In this document: positions 62,949 through 64,000 of the stretch, piece by piece | How the letters are laid out: each line of letters opens with the position of its first letter | Numbering within the stretch: the first letter of the stretch is position 1 | Assembly (NCBI GenBank): GCA_963798845.1 | Contig: CAWCUS010000006.1 | Coordinates: 768,001-832,000 of the forward strand | Reading direction: 5' to 3' | Length of the DNA: 64,000 bases | DNA from: an uncultured Gemmatimonadales bacterium | Lineage (GTDB): Bacteria; Gemmatimonadota; Gemmatimonadetes; Longimicrobiales; RSA9 | Position numbers and translations under genes: made by a program | The notes under the pieces: generated by a model | Databases searched by the model: none | What the model was told of the DNA's origin: nothing | The model's input: only the letters and a program-made list of their open reading frames with translations

Positions 62949-63800
62949 CTACTGCATCAGCCAGACATCGCTGAGCCCGGGTCGGTACCGATCCATCTCC
63001 CGAATCTGGTCTGCGTAGCTGGACGTCAGAAACGCGCGGATCGCATCGGGCATGGGCCTGCGGGCGGGATCGCGGTTGGACCGAGTACGCAGCCGACGCA
63101 CATCGATGGGTACTTCGTGCCCGAGAAAGCACATCATACTCTCGAGGAATTTCTCGGGGTCGGAAACCAGATCATCATACAGGAAGACCCGGAAATTGTC
63201 GCCGAAGTGGCCCTGCCAGAGGGCGATCATGCGCGGGTAATCGCTCCTCAAACGATTGCTTGCCGCCTCCAATTCTTCACGCAATCTCGCCGCCATGGCC
63301 TGGCCGATATCCACGCCGCGCCAGCGGTACAGCATCTTGACAGCGGACCAGATCCTATCGATCGGGTTCCGAACGATCAGGAACACCCTGCAGTCGGGCT
63401 TGAGCACTCGCCGGGCGAAGTCCACCCCTCGCTCGTCCAGCGTGCTGTACGCGGGTGTGATCTCGCCGCACAGCCGGGTCCCGGCCGGGGTGTCAGCGAA
63501 GAGCCGTCGATACCAGGACATGGAAAGCGGGTCGAAGTAGAATCTCCGCAGCCACTTCAGAGTCGCGATACTACGACGCTCGAAGGCGGGCCGGTATCTT
63601 TGCCGGATAGGCGGCACACCCATCGTTTCGATCCCGAGCAGCTCCTCGGCAGGGCACAGCCTGTTGAAGAAATGCAACTCCTTGACTGGGGGAAGCCAAT
63701 AACCCTGTTGAATCTCGAGATTGTCGTGCAGCCAGGTCGTCCCCGCCTTCTGGGCACCGATCCCGACGAAATCCGGGCCTTCGGCGCGGAATCCAGTCAT
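62949..63800 (-). CDS. Sulfotransferase family protein
   Basis: PDFVGIGAQKAGTTWL, KELHFF, GEITPAY, RNPIDRIWS. Confidence 0.92.
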   Translation of the reverse strand: MTGFRAEGPDFVGIGAQKAGTTWLHDNLEIQQGYWLPPVKELHFFNRLCPAEELLGIETMGVPPIRQRYRPAFERRSIATLKWLRRFYFDPLSMSWYRRLFADTPAGTRLCGEITPAYSTLDERGVDFARRVLKPDCRVFLIVRNPIDRIWSAVKMLYRWRGVDIGQAMAARLREELEAASNRLRSDYPRMIALWQGHFGDNFRVFLYDDLVSDPEKFLESMMCFLGHEVPIDVRRLRTRSNRDPARRPMPDAIRAFLTSSYADQIREMDRYRPGLSDVWLMQ

Positions 63801-64000
63801 GGTCGCTCCCCGCCAGCGTTGTCACCCATTGTGAGTGTCCATTCGGGGAACGTGCGTCCAAGGTAACCCTCCAGTTCCCGCACCTGCGTCCGCATGTCAG
63901 GTCTCAATTCCTCGATGAGCCTCTCGACCTTCCCGGCATCCGGGTGTACAGTCTGATACGCCAGCGACTTCGCAGCGTTCTTGAGCCGCCCGGGCACGAA
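63797..64000 (-). CDS. C-terminus of a probable second sulfotransferase (truncated by window)
   Basis: ...QVRELEGYLGRTFPEW resembles sulfotransferase C-termini; ATGA overlap with the next gene. Confidence 0.5.
   Translation of the reverse strand, partial: FVPGRLKNAAKSLAYQTVHPDAGKVERLIEELRPDMRTQVRELEGYLGRTFPEWTLTMGDNAGGERP

Overview
High-GC bacterial DNA. The gene content (ADOP-type permeases, BTAD/TPR regulators, ChaN, exosortase with EpsI) suggests Gemmatimonadota, by inference. Layout: (1) 1-3.9 kb: KdpD-like kinase, REC-TPR response regulator and kup, ending at a probable island attachment site (3' tRNA fragment, direct repeats, IHF-like site) at 3.94-4.12 kb. (2) 4.6-14 kb: lipoproteins, an S41 peptidase/beta-barrel pair, an ADOP permease preceded by a promoter, an operator and a 30-aa internally deleted PadR, then a BTAD-TPR regulator. 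(3) 14-24 kb: glycan-tailoring cluster (sulfotransferase, 2 AlkP-superfamily proteins, 2 Gfo/Idh/MocA, 2 GT4, flippase-like protein). (4) 24-45 kb: mixed genes, including mtgA, a transmembrane BTAD-ATPase-propeller-Ig-lectin protein, an HD-GYP/kinase pair, a triply deleted acyl-CoA synthetase and an orphan encapsulated-ferritin-like gene. (5) 45-64 kb: EPS/PEP-CTERM locus (CAAX protease, wza/wzc, priming GT, exosortase, EpsI, PEP-CTERM protein, GT2 plus degenerate GT2, deacetylase, GT4s, GT-C, ligase, sulfotransferases) that continues past the window. Many single-base frameshifts, clustered at 0-3.9 kb and 55.4-57.9 kb, look like consensus errors. I saw no rRNA, intact tRNA, CRISPR array or transposase. 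All family calls come from motif recognition by eye; no database search was run.
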